Part shown: in pieces, positions 1 to 11,494 of the stretch
How positions within the stretch are numbered: the first letter of the stretch is position 1
How the letters are laid out: every line of letters begins with the position of its first letter
NCBI GenBank assembly: GCA_964187785.1
Contig: OZ076415.1
Span: forward strand, 18,848,001 to 18,912,000
Reading direction: 5' to 3'
Origin: Amphiscolops sp. MND2022
Lineage: Eukaryota
DNA length: 64,000 nucleotides
The notes under the pieces: generated by a model
The model's input: only the letters and a program-made list of their open reading frames with translations
The model's database searches: none
What the model was told of the DNA's origin: nothing
Position numbers and translations under genes: made by a program

Positions 1-3000
1 GAGTCAGGGCTTGCTTTTTTGAATTCTTGTGCAGATTCAATTGAATTTGCAAAATTGTGAGACTAATTTTGTGAAAGTCCGAAAAAGAATGAACGTTACT
101 ATAAAACTTCCGCTGCAAAATATGAGCGAATTTTTTTAAAGATTTTTTATTAGTTTTGTGGAAATTTCAAAATTTTCTTGAAAATTTTATGACTAGTGGC
201 AAAATAACACTCACTTCTTGGAGTATTTTCTTGAGTGATAGATTTTAAGAAACGAATATTCTCATCTGAAAATACATCTCTCTGTGATCGGCGTGGGCGT
301 TAAGTTGAATTAACTGGGATGTTGCTTATACAGATTTAATTACTTGAGTGATTTTGTTATTTTCTCTCCCCCCTCTTTCTCTCTCGCTCTGTCTTCCCCG
401 ATAAGAAGGAAGCAGAGACGCTGACGTGGGAAGAACAATCTGACCACGAAAGGAGTGAAGGAGGAGTGAACAAAAAGAGACGGAAGCACGTGCAGAGCTG
501 AAGACCAACTGCAGCAGCAGTCACCCTGCCGACTGCATTAACTCTCTTCCTAAAAGCACCAGACCACCCAGCTGATTGCGCACTGCTCGTCACTCCACTC
601 GCATCAGACCCACGATACCCCCGCTGGCAAGTCCAGCAGCAGCCCTAATGGAATGCTTCTTACTGCCAAGTCAAAGATACGAGAGATACTACTTATAAGA
701 ATCAAAAACAGTCGGCAGGCATTTCTGAGAGAAACACATACTAGGTGAACCAAAAAAAGACGGAACACACAAAATATGCAGTCTTCAAAATCGTAATATT
801 TGTAAACAAGATACTGAGAATCTTTCTATTTGTCTGTGAATTATCTTATTGTGTAATCAAATTTTGAACAAAGAATGATCCGAACCTCCAGAAAAAGTAG
901 AAAAGTCAAGACATCTTTACCAGTCATTTCGTTCACACTTCTGATGTGTTTTGCTTCGAAGAAAAGTTGTCGAAGTGAATAACTGACAAGCCGAATCGAA
1001 TCGTAATGTTCAGAATTGTTTTGAAGCATTTGTTGACAACTTTGAAACTTAGAGAGCTCAAAAACTTTTATGCGTTCCGTTTTTCATGATTCACGTAGTA
1101 CAGAGCATAGTCCCTCAGTGTTCAGTTTTCTTTCAGAGACTACGACTTCAAGCAGTTTGAAAAGTTTTTCAGTTTTTTGGTTCCCGCTGTTGAAAACTAG
1201 CCTAATTAAGCCTGTGGTATAAATAGTACAAGATGATATTTATTTCACAGCTTTCGCTTTATTGTGTTGTAACTGTTTCTCGGAAAGAGTTTGTTGATAA
1301 GGATTGTTTGACTTCATAGCTAACTCTGTGCAACCATTGGGTTTTCTAGAACAGCGACTGCTTTACATTCGTTTTGTCATTTTATTTTTAAATTGAACTT
1401 ATTCCGAACAACGATGTTTGAAAAAGTTTCAGTGCTCTAAAGGCAGTTTTTAGATTTTGAGCTTTTCAGATTCAAAGATTCAAAGACTTTTTTCCACTTT
1501 GACTTTGTCCCCTATCCTGGCAAGTTTGTTGGTCTTTTCGCAGTCAGCCCGCGTGTGCCTCTGGCCCCGGCGCGAAGACTCTCAATCTGAATTGCAATCT
1601 CGACAATATGGCTGGTGTGTTTAATGTGACATTTAATGATATATTATACCTGCTTATTAATATCAATTTATATCTGGGTAATGTGTTTGGTTGTATAGGT
1701 AATCCGACCGTTTAACTGCATATCTGCCGAATATTATTACTATAAATATTACATAGAGGGTGAGGTGAGTTGGCAAGCTGGACCTCAAATCCAGCCACCG
1801 GTTGCGCAACATTTGGCACCGGCTCTGTCAGCGAGTGGAGCTGGATCCCAGAGCAGCCAGAGAGCTGGCGAAGAGTACTAAGCCACATATACCCATTAAG
1901 GGGGATTAGCTGCCAAAGACACAATTTGTTGTGCTGCTCTGCGTTGATAAGTGCTGCACTGCTGTTAGCATTATGAGTCTAAGCCACCCGGCTAAATTGT
2001 CGGCGACGATAAAGAAGGCACCGGGCTTGGGAATCAGAATTATATTCCCAAATGGGGGAGGGGTATAAATGCTTTAATGAGGGTTTGGTTTGATTTGGGA
2101 GGTTGGAAAAGTGTTGGGAGCCTGCTATGAAACTAGAGACTGTTTTGGTTTTTGCAAGGTTTGAGAGGTTTCAGTTTTTGAAGAATGTACCGGAGAGGTT
2201 TGAAGGGAAAAGCTTTGGGGGCTGCCTGGTTTGGGGTTGTTGTTGGGGGTTTGGAGGATAGATTGTGATTGGGAAAGTGTTGAAAGTGTGTTGTTTTGTA
2301 GTTTAGTTTAAGAAGGGGGTCTTATTGTTATATCTGCTTTAGTCGTCTTCTGACGAAGGCTTACTGGGACTTAGCAGAAAGCAGTTTGTTGTCTGGGTTT
2401 TACAGCCAGTATTAACATACATAATTCAATCAAGTAGTCTATCTTCTTCTAATTTCGAACCCGCTGAGAAGTATATTAAAAGTCTGCTGAGGAATTAACC
2501 GGCTGCAGGACCCGCTGCGTTTTTCTGTCATCCGATCGTTTTTACCTACTCCACATACCAGCTATCTGCTGTAGACCCTCTGATCAAATTGCCAAACATA
2601 TTGCGCAATGACTGCTTTTATTGCCTCTACTGCTAACTCCCCCAACCCCCCGCCCATCTTCTTTCTTCTCAACCATTGCTCCTACATGACTTCTGCGCAC
2701 TTCTGTATCGTCCCTTGTTCCCGCAACAAAAACCTTGTGATATCTTTATACCTCCCCTCTGTAAAACCATTTCCACCTTTCTTATGTTTACATACAAAGG
2801 AAAAAGAAAAGTGCTCCAAATCTTTCGCCCCTACTTATTAATCCGTAAATTATGAAGCACGCTAATTCACGCATTAAACACCACCAGATTTGCACTTTCG
2901 TGACAATTAATGCAGAAATTATTGACCTCATTTTGAAAGAAGTTCCGTTCCGTTAAGTTTCTTCTCTTGGTCAAAAGAGTGCTTTGAAAGAACTTCTTTT

Positions 3001-3829
3001 CAAACCAGTTCTGAACATACTCAAGAATGATTTTGAAATTTTCGTTCAAAGAAGAACCGAAAACTTGGATTCTTGAAGTTTTGAGGTTCTTCTGCGACTT
3101 TATGAATGCATGAGTATGGTATGAATATCTATGAATATGTATAGAAAGTTTGAAGCGTGTTTCTGAAAGAGCTGATTTTGATAGCATGCAGAAGTTGTTA
3201 TAATTTCTTCTCTCACTCCGATCTTTGAAGTTGTCTTTGCTCTGCTTTAAAATCGGGTCACAAAGTTGGCAACGAAGACTAGAAAACTGTCTCAGAACGA
3301 TTCAAGTCTTGAAACGATTGAACACAAACCAAGTTGGCTCCTAGTCGCGACTGGCCAGAAACCTTCAATGCAGATGTTTCTTCTGGTTGTTTGTCTAGAT
3401 TATTCTCGTTGTGCTTTTTAAACACAGGTCTAGTTTCAATAACTGAAATTCTATAACCAAGAGGTCCATAAATTTTGGAACCGACCCCTTTCGCAGCCGA
3501 ATCTGCGAAGACCCAGTTATCGTGACCTAAATGTGATTAATAATTTCTAAGAGTATTTCGAAAAACAATTCTGAGTTTCGTGGTTGCAGATGCCAAAAAT
3601 ATGTAACTCGATATTATTTCGAAAAATAGGTTAAATTGAATCCGTTTTGGGTTTCAAGAATCTTCTGAGCATGCGTTTTCAAAACAGTTTTGAGTATCTT
3701 CCAAATTGTTCTCAGAATTAAAATTCTTGATATACTGTTGAAATGATTGATCAAGAGAATTTCTTTTAAGACTGATATTTGGTCTTTGAGAACTCATAAG
3801 AGAAAGTAGCATTGCTATGACGTTGCGTT

Positions 3830-4064
3830 ATGTCGCAAGAGGAAAATATTGCGCAAGAATTGTTGCTAAACCTGCTTGGTTTGCTTCAGCTGGAGTTTCT
3901 CGTGAATGAGTACGGAGTACACTATGCCTTGATGTCGTGCTACAAGACCAAAGAGAAGAGCGCAGTGGTCGCAATCAGCTCACCTGGGCTCGGGGGTGCC
4001 TATTTCTCATCAAAGAATGGCCCTGGAAAAGATGTCTTGGAGTCATGGAACCAGTTTTGCAAAG
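3830..4064 (+). CDS. C2H2 zinc-finger protein gene, coding exon 1 (N-terminal globular domain)
   Basis: ATG at 3830 with an open frame to the phase-1 donor AAAG|GTTTGC at 4065; joins exon 2 in frame (..FCK-E-GDYG..). Confidence 0.75.
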
Positions 4065-4262
4065 GTTTGCATTGCATTTTCATCCACAAATGCCAAAATT
4101 GAGGTTTTTTTCAATGCAATAACATTAAAACAAACAAAAACAATGTTCAATTCAAATTAATTACATCGTTGTTATATCTTTCAAACTTCAAAATGTACAG
4201 TAAACTGGTTTGGTCTTCTTTGGAAGATTTTATAATTTAGTAATCGAGTTTTGTATCTTTAG

Positions 4263-5036
4263 AAGGCGACTATGGGCATAAACATCAAGGAGCAGAACCT
4301 TTTGCCTCAACGCAGTACTACGAATCAGACTCAAATAGCGAAAAAGTGTGCAGTCCTCTGAGCATTGACGAGCACTGTGCCTCACCTGGAGACAACGCCG
4401 AAAAATTTGCCTCCGGATTGAAACGCCCTCTGGGTGTGGATATAAGTCCTCAGGAGTCAGACCTCAAGAAGTTCAAAACCCAACTGGAACTGGAGTCCAA
4501 AAAACTGGAAAGCTCCAAGGACCCTATGGATCCGAAAACTTTCGGGAACCAGCTAATATCTCCAGAAAACCAGTTGAACTTGGCTTCACTTGGGGTACCT
4601 TTTCCGGCTAGGTTTTTAACCGAAATGGGTAAAGAAGGTCTCCCTAACCCACTTTTGGATTTCTCTGCAATGAAGAACTTTGCCGCGGCCGCTGCAGCTG
4701 CTGCTTCGAGCCCTGGAAACTTGTTGGCAAACAACCTGCTGGCAGCCGCAAACCTGGCAGGTCCTTTGGGAATGGGTTTGCCTAATCCTTTGCAACCTCC
4801 CATGATTCCAGCTTCCATGCAATCTCAGACTCCAGATATGGCTAAAGCGTCATTCTCGTGCGCCTCCGATGCTGACAAAAGCACCAAGAACGGGCTGGGA
4901 AAAATGGGCTGTGAGAAAGAAATGTCTGGTAGCAGTTCAGATGGCGGGAAAAGGGAAACAAATGGTTCGTTGAATAACGGCAGAAACGATGCCTCGCCTA
5001 GAAGTAGCAGTGCTCAATCATCAACACCTACACCAG
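4263..5036 (+). CDS. C2H2 zinc-finger protein gene, coding exon 2 (low-complexity A/S/P/G-rich region)
   Basis: Acceptor TATCTTTAG| at 4262; 774-nt open frame containing ORF 4346-5059; strong donor CAG|GTAAGC at 5037; phase 1 at both ends. Confidence 0.85.
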
Positions 5037-7399
5037 GTAAGCTGACGCTTCGAATTTGATCACGCATAGAGACGTTTTTCTAGAGATGACTAAATAAAAT
5101 GAACCTCATTGCCAATTTTAGACTCAAACAATAAACACAATCTCGCCATAAGTCCTCATTTTGATATAAAAAAGAAACGAATTGTACTCTAATAAATGGT
5201 ACTCTAAAATAAATGAGGTTTCTTCTATATCTTCATGCATCCAAGAGAAAAGATCCGATCTAATAGAAATTTAGTTCAAGTTTTTCTGCAATATTCTTCA
5301 AAGTGTCTTATGCTACTGGTATCAGCTAATCCTAATATTGATGATCGCGATGACAACTCCGAGAAAATTGACAAATATGATCAATGACCCATTTCCAGGG
5401 CAGGTCTTTTATGTAACGGACAGACTTCTCGACAGTTTCCGGAGATTGGATATGGAAACCCTGGCCAGTTGTTCAAGTTAAACAATGGACTTACTCTTAT
5501 CATGATCAATTAATTAATTACCAGTTAATCTGGAATGAGAATCGGATGTCAGTGTTACAACCGTTAGTCTCAGGGTTCGCTTTTCTTTGAACTTACAAAT
5601 GATATTCGTATCTTCAGCCAGTAAATAGTTATTAGCTTCTGGAAAGTGGAAGTACGGAATCTTTCAAGATTATTTGTATGCAGATAGACTTCTGATTGTT
5701 TTCCTTCAGTGAAGATAGCCCAAACGATTGGTTGGTTCTCGCTGATCAGTAAATAGAGAGAAGTTTTACCACATGGCTTCAAAGTATTAGGGCATGCATT
5801 ACAGTGCACAGGCAAGCTATTTTGCTGCTTGTCGTGGAATCCGGGACACGAAAATTGAGAAAAGTCGTGGAATCCAGGACAAAATTTACCTTTGATGTTG
5901 AGCGTGTCTTGGATTCCACGATTCCAGTGGACTTTTGGGCAAAATACTCAATAATTTCCTCGATTTGCTTCTGAATCTCCTGACCTTTTTGCATCCAAAT
6001 TTGATCAGTATTCTCGTGTTTCGCTCCTGAAATGAAATCAGTAACATACCAACAAAATTTTCTTCAAACTTTCTATCTTCTTTGTTTCAAATATTTGTGT
6101 GAATTTGATGATTAGCGTGTTTGAAAAAAAAAAACAATTTTAGATGCTCCAGACAGTCTAAAAATACGGATTGCGTCGCACCGGATGTTCACTGAAATCG
6201 ATCACGCCTCCGTTGATTTCTCTCGAACGTTTTCAGCAGCATTCCAAATTTGGCTTGTGTTTCTTGTGATGTGAAAAGTTATCACGGCGTTTTGAATGAG
6301 AGGTTTTCTTGTCTCGTTTTCTGTGTCTCGTTTCTTTTTGGTTATGTTGATGGCTTGGTTGTGTAGTGGCTTGGCTGCAGCGCTGTGCAGCAGTTGTCTA
6401 GAATGAAAGGAAGAAAATGAATCGAAGCATGATGCAGAGATTCCTTTGTTGTTCTGTCTGAATGAGTCCCCAAATGCAGCTGTTGCTCCCGGTTTGACTG
6501 CTGGGCCGGGAAGAGAGACCGAAAAATACAAGAACACATCTCGTGTAGTCAGCAGCTGCTTCACACGCTCTTCTGGGAGGTGCGCAGGCGCCGGTACTTC
6601 TACAAGTACAATTACAGAGTTATACAATTACAGTATTATACTGTAAATACTGTAATACTGTATAATACTGTAAATACTGTAGTTACAGTGCTGATAGATA
6701 GTGTATTCTGTTATCGCTAAAGAACATTTCTCCATCGAAGCTGGTAATGTTGCTGCTGTGGTGAACTTACAGAGTGTGTTGCAATTATTTGTTTTTTTGT
6801 GGTATTTTTATGAGAATTTTAACGGTGCTCAAAAGTCTGACGGGTTGACCCGGTCGTCCAAAAAACAAAACCTAGGTTATTTTGCCCTAATTCAAACAAT
6901 GGTTTCTTAGTTTTTTGGTTATGCTGTATGAATATAATGTCAAAATTCGATGCTTTGAAACAGTGGGTTCCTAAGTTTGTGTCATGCTCAAGTATCGTAT
7001 TGTATATTAGCAGCATTTTTGTGAAACAGCACTACAGTTTATAAGAACACTGCTGACACTTACTGCATTGATTATAGCGCCGCGTTGGAGCTTGACAAGA
7101 GATTCTTTTTGAAAAGAAAAGCAAGAGTAGAAACGAGAACGGCTTCTTTTTTGCTTTCAAGCTCTGCTAGTGTGCGCTGCTAACTTTTGTTGTCGAACTA
7201 GTGCGAGAAGAGGCGTTTTGTTTTCTCCAGACTTGCTGATTCGATTTTCCAACTGAGAAGAAATGTGTTACTTGGATGAAGAATAAAAATTGCTTTGCAA
7301 GTCGCTAAAACTTTGCTTTGAAACAGCGCTTCTCTTTCAGTCCTAGTTTCGTGTTTTCTAAAAAAATTTACGGCTTTTTGAAAATTTTGAAAAAGTTTT

Positions 7400-8470
7400 T
7401 CAGAATGGCCTGATTAACTGTGAAATCTATTTCCTTAACATGAATTTAACTTATATGATAAGTTTTTTGTTTTGACGCAACATTTTCCACACATTTTGAC
7501 TGTGATCGTCTTCGAGTTAACAGTTTTTAATCATTGATTTCCTAATAAGAACGCTCAACTTCATAGAAAGTGTGAACAAAGTTCCTATCTAGTTCCTAAA
7601 CTATCACTTTGAAAATAAATTGAAATATGAAGGTTTATGGGGTTTAGTTTTCGTCTTTTTGTCCCAATGTTTTCGCTAAATTTCCAAAAAAATGGTGGTA
7701 GTGGGAGGGTTTGCATGGGTTCGAAAAGAACCGAATTTACATCTGAACTGAGTCACTTGACTGACGTTTTTAGCAACCTATGAAGTCATGAAGTGGAAAA
7801 ACCAAAAAGAAGTTAGCAAAGAAGACAACAAAATATTCAAAACCATGGAGCCATTTGTGTCTGATCAGAATTTTCTCTTTCTGAAGAAAATGTGTCAAAA
7901 TATAATTTCCTACGCTTTCTGCCAGTTTAGTGGTGTATTTCATGATGTAAATACTGTTTTTCAACATGTAGCTCTTCAAGAAGTTCCGTGTCAGCTCATT
8001 GGAGTTGTAATACTTGATGTAGCATTACAAGCAGGCATAATGGTAAGACCGATACTTTTTTTTTGAAAAAAAATGAAACGGTCGGTCTTTTTCTGTCCCC
8101 ATATCAAAATTTTTTGAAAAGAAATTTTGAACGTTTTTCAAACTGGACTAATTAAAAGTGAATTTTTCCCATGACGGAAATTAATTTCAATAGGATAAGT
8201 TTTTCGGCTGAACGAAACATTTTAGACACATTTTAAACTGTGAACATGTTGAAAAAATAACTTTTTTGTGACTCAAAAATTGAAGCTGTCCATTTCCTAA
8301 TCAAGAATACGTGATTTCATAGGGAAAATAGCATGAACAATGTTTGTATATAGAGTGTCACATTGAAATCAAATTCAAAATTGAAGGTTTCTGGTTTGGT
8401 TTTCAGTCTTCGTCATATTTTCACTTATTTTCCAAAAGTTTGGTGATGTTAGGGGGGCGTAATTTGCAAA
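7400..8470. repeat. Two diverged copies of an interspersed repeat (third copy at about 30330-30640)
   Basis: Shared blocks GAAGGTTT(C/A)TGG..TTTAG..GGTGGT..GGG near 7630, 8383 and 30563; TGACTCAAAA..ATCAAGAAT(A/G)CGTGA near 8268 and 30445. Confidence 0.5.
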
Positions 8471-8593
8471 AAGGGACCAAACGTTTTTTTTGACAAAAGG
8501 AGACTTTATTTCATAATTAGTCAGTGCATTGCGTTCTGCTCAAGATTGAAAGTGGAGAGAGTAGAAAAAAGTGAGAAAATGTGAATTAATTTG

Positions 8594-8818
8594 AGATGGC
8601 GGCCATAATTGAACACGTGCTGTCACGGAAGACATTTATAAGGGGCAGAAGTATCTTTGAGCTGCGGTTGACAGAAGCAACAGATGTAGTTCACAGAAGA
8701 AAAGTATCCGTCACTCTGAGCACACTCTTGGCAAGTCGTTCTCATAACACAGCAGTGGTCACTGCTCTCAGTCGGCAACCGCTGGAGACAAGATAAGCCA
8801 CATATCTGGCAAGTAAGT
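8594..8818 (+). promoter_or_regulatory. Putative intronic promoter and non-coding first exon
   Basis: YY1-like AGATGGCGGCC (8594), E-box CACGTG (8614), ETS-like CGGAAG (8626) and TATAAG (8637) within 50 bp; consensus donor GTAAGT at 8813. Confidence 0.35.
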
Positions 8819-9865
8819 GCTGCAGCCAGATGAGAAAACAGAGCCAGTTAATTAGTACACTACAGTGTACACTTCACTTTTCACTAGCCAGAGCATCCAG
8901 AAATGAAGAAAGAAGATGCCAGTTTGCTGCCTGGCGAATTGAACCACAGGAGTATCTGATTCCCCGTTACTTGAGTAATTTATATATTACTATTATTAGC
9001 GGTATTATGATTTATGGCATATAAAATATTAGTAATATACATAGTGGCTTGTTTCCAGGCCCGGAGTCAAGTTGTTTTGTAGTTCAAGTATATGCACAAT
9101 CGTATGGCATTGTCCGCATTAGTTGCGCTTGATAATGAATGCAGTTCTTTCTCCGGGACGGAGTTTGTTTTGCCAGAATATCAATTGTAGTTTTTTCTAT
9201 TGGATTGACTTTCGAGTAGCTTCGGAAATGCGTTTTCTGCTTTGTTAACTGCTGTATTCGAACTGGAAACGTTTGCCGAACTGTGAAATTTCTAGCATGA
9301 CTTCTGACAGATAGTCAGAAAAAGCGACGCAGATAGTCAACGCAGTATATGAGTGTATACTCTTTTCTGAGCATATGAACTTATAATTACTTCAGCCAGC
9401 TTGTAATGAAGTTATAAGTGGTACAGCTTAAGTGTAATGGATTTGTAGTAATTGTATGAGAGTATGAGAATGAAGTCTTTGCGAAGCTGCAATCTCCCGG
9501 AACGATGTCCATTGTATGGAACAGAGGAACAAGGCATTAGGAAGAGAAGGCTTTCCTTGTCTTGTCTTCTGATGTCGTCACGAAGTGCAGCAACTGTTGC
9601 CACGTGATTCTACAGCACGTGTTGCTTCTTTATCACTCAACCGTCCCCTACTGCAGCCCGCTTCAAAATGTTTCTTCTCAGTTTCTCATCTCACTTTTTT
9701 CACAGTAAATTTTCATCTTCTGTAGAGAAGAGTAGAAAGTTCATTTCCTATTTTGCATGAGCGTGGATGGACGTTGAATAAGCAGTTCTGCTTTTATAAG
9801 TCTGCGTTCGTTTCGGATACTATCTTCCTATACCAAGCTCAACTACGGTCTAACTGCTCACCGTT

Positions 9866-9915
9866 GCTTTTTAGTCGGCGCTTTTATTAATAAAAGAGCC
9901 CGACTATTACAGTCG
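9866..9915 (+). mobile_element. Isolated 5' end of a DINE-1/Helentron-like non-autonomous element
   Basis: Hairpin TAGTCGG-CGCTTTTATTAATAAAAGAGC-CCGACTA (9872-9906) followed by TTACAGT; near-identical motif at 10574-10608. Confidence 0.5.
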
Positions 9916-10569
9916 CTCTTATTTTTCTTTAACCTTAACTTGGCCAATGTGCCAAATTTGGCACATTTTGTTTCTGCAAATTCTTAACGCACCAGCTGAT
10001 TGTATGGTAAAGCAAACCCTTTAATAAGAGTTTCAGACAATATTGCATAGCATTCGGCGCCTTTTCACGGAAAATTGACGTGATGTCTCAAAAACCCAGA
10101 AAATGACGCAAAAAAATCAAAAGAAAAATAAGTGCAGATTTTCCGTTTTCCCAGTTTTCGTTTGTGCCCCTTTTATCCCACTGGTATCAACATTGGGTCA
10201 AAGCGTCCCCAGCATGTTTTGAAACATGTTGAAAAGCAAGCAGAGACACGAGGCGTGCAAAGTTTTGGCGCAAAGTTCGGAGCCAGTGCGGCGAAGCAAA
10301 AACTAGCGGGCCCCAAGCCCAGCAGTTTAAAAATTGATTTGAAAGCCCCAATGCTCCTCTTTCGAACGCTGTATAAATCGTTTGTCGGACTTGTATAGTT
10401 CAGGAGATATTGCGGTTTAAAGTTGAAGCACCTGATTTTTGGACGCAACAAGATTTTTCCTGGCCAACTTAAGGTTAAGACAGTCTCGAATGCGACGAAA
10501 TTTTTGTTTGTTCAACTAAACAAATACCTGGGAAACGCATCTAAGATATTGCAAAGGGTCCCCCTTTCA

Positions 10570-11174
10570 TTTTTAGTCGGCGCTTTTCTAGTGAAAATAG
10601 CCCGACTATTACAGTGGCTGGTTTTCTTTTTTTTCGTCAGACCACCGACCTCATCGTGTACGTACCACTTTTTACAGACTTCACTCGTTCACCTGTACTC
10701 GTCAGTAGTCTTTACTTTACTCGGTTTACGGTGAACCCAGCGGTCACGGGTTCGAGTCCTTGCTTTAGCCAGAAACTTTCGAGCATTTTTTCGGCACTGT
10801 GCGACTGTTTCAATTTTATTCGGCACTGTGCGACTTTTTTTCGATTTTTTTTGCCTTCAAAGAGTCCCACCTTAAAGTTGTTTTTTTTTGATATTTTGAA
10901 GCAAACTAAAGTGCCAAAAAGCCTAAAGGGTCTCCCCTTTTATGTATTTCGGCACTATGAGACTGTTCGAAATTCTCATTTTTCGTTTTTTTTCGAAAAT
11001 AAAAAAAATTGGAAAATTTGTTTGTCTCCAAAGGGTCTCCCCTTCAATTTATTTGATATATTGCAACAAACTGGATTTTCAAAAAGCCCGAAGGGTCCCC
11101 CTTTTACAGGTTTAAAAACTTTGCGCTTTTTGAGCCTTAGATATAGCGCTGACTTTAGACGTTCCCGTCTTGTT
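10570..11174 (+). mobile_element. DINE-1/Helentron-like non-autonomous element, near-complete copy
   Basis: 5' T-run then AGTCGGCGCT with a partial inverted repeat; inverted subterminal copy AGCGCTGACT at 11145; 3' end TTTAGACGTTCCCGTCTTGTT; internal repeated AAGGGTC(T)CCCCTTT and TTCGGCACT(G/A)TG motifs. Confidence 0.55.
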
Positions 11175-11189
11175 TGCTTTTTAAGCGTA

Positions 11190-11494
11190 GCATACAAAAC
11201 CGGACGAGACTGAAGGGTTCCCCTTTCATTTTTTTTCGGCGCTGTAGGGCTTTTTCGATTTTTTGTGTCTCCAAAGGGTCCACATTTCGATTTTAGTGAA
11301 CTACCCCCTCGTAATATCCGGAGTAAAGCGCTATGTCCGAATTTTCGACGTTATATCCGAACAATGTTGCGTTTTAGTAAGGAGGAGGAGCTTCGAAAAC
11401 AGGAGTTTTTCATGAAAAGGTCCTACGCATATTTTAAAAACTGCGCTTTTTGAGCCTCAGATATAGCGCCCACTTTAGACGTTCCCGTCTTGTT
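11190..11494 (+). mobile_element. Second, shorter copy of the same element
   Basis: 3' block 11442-11494 duplicates 11121-11174 (GCGCTTTTTGAGCCT.AGATATAGCGC..ACTTTAGACGTTCCCGTCTTGTT). Confidence 0.55.

Noticed and set aside
10132-11453. ORFs such as 10614-11213 as a transposase
   Set aside because: They translate Phe/Lys-rich repeat DNA with no catalytic motifs.
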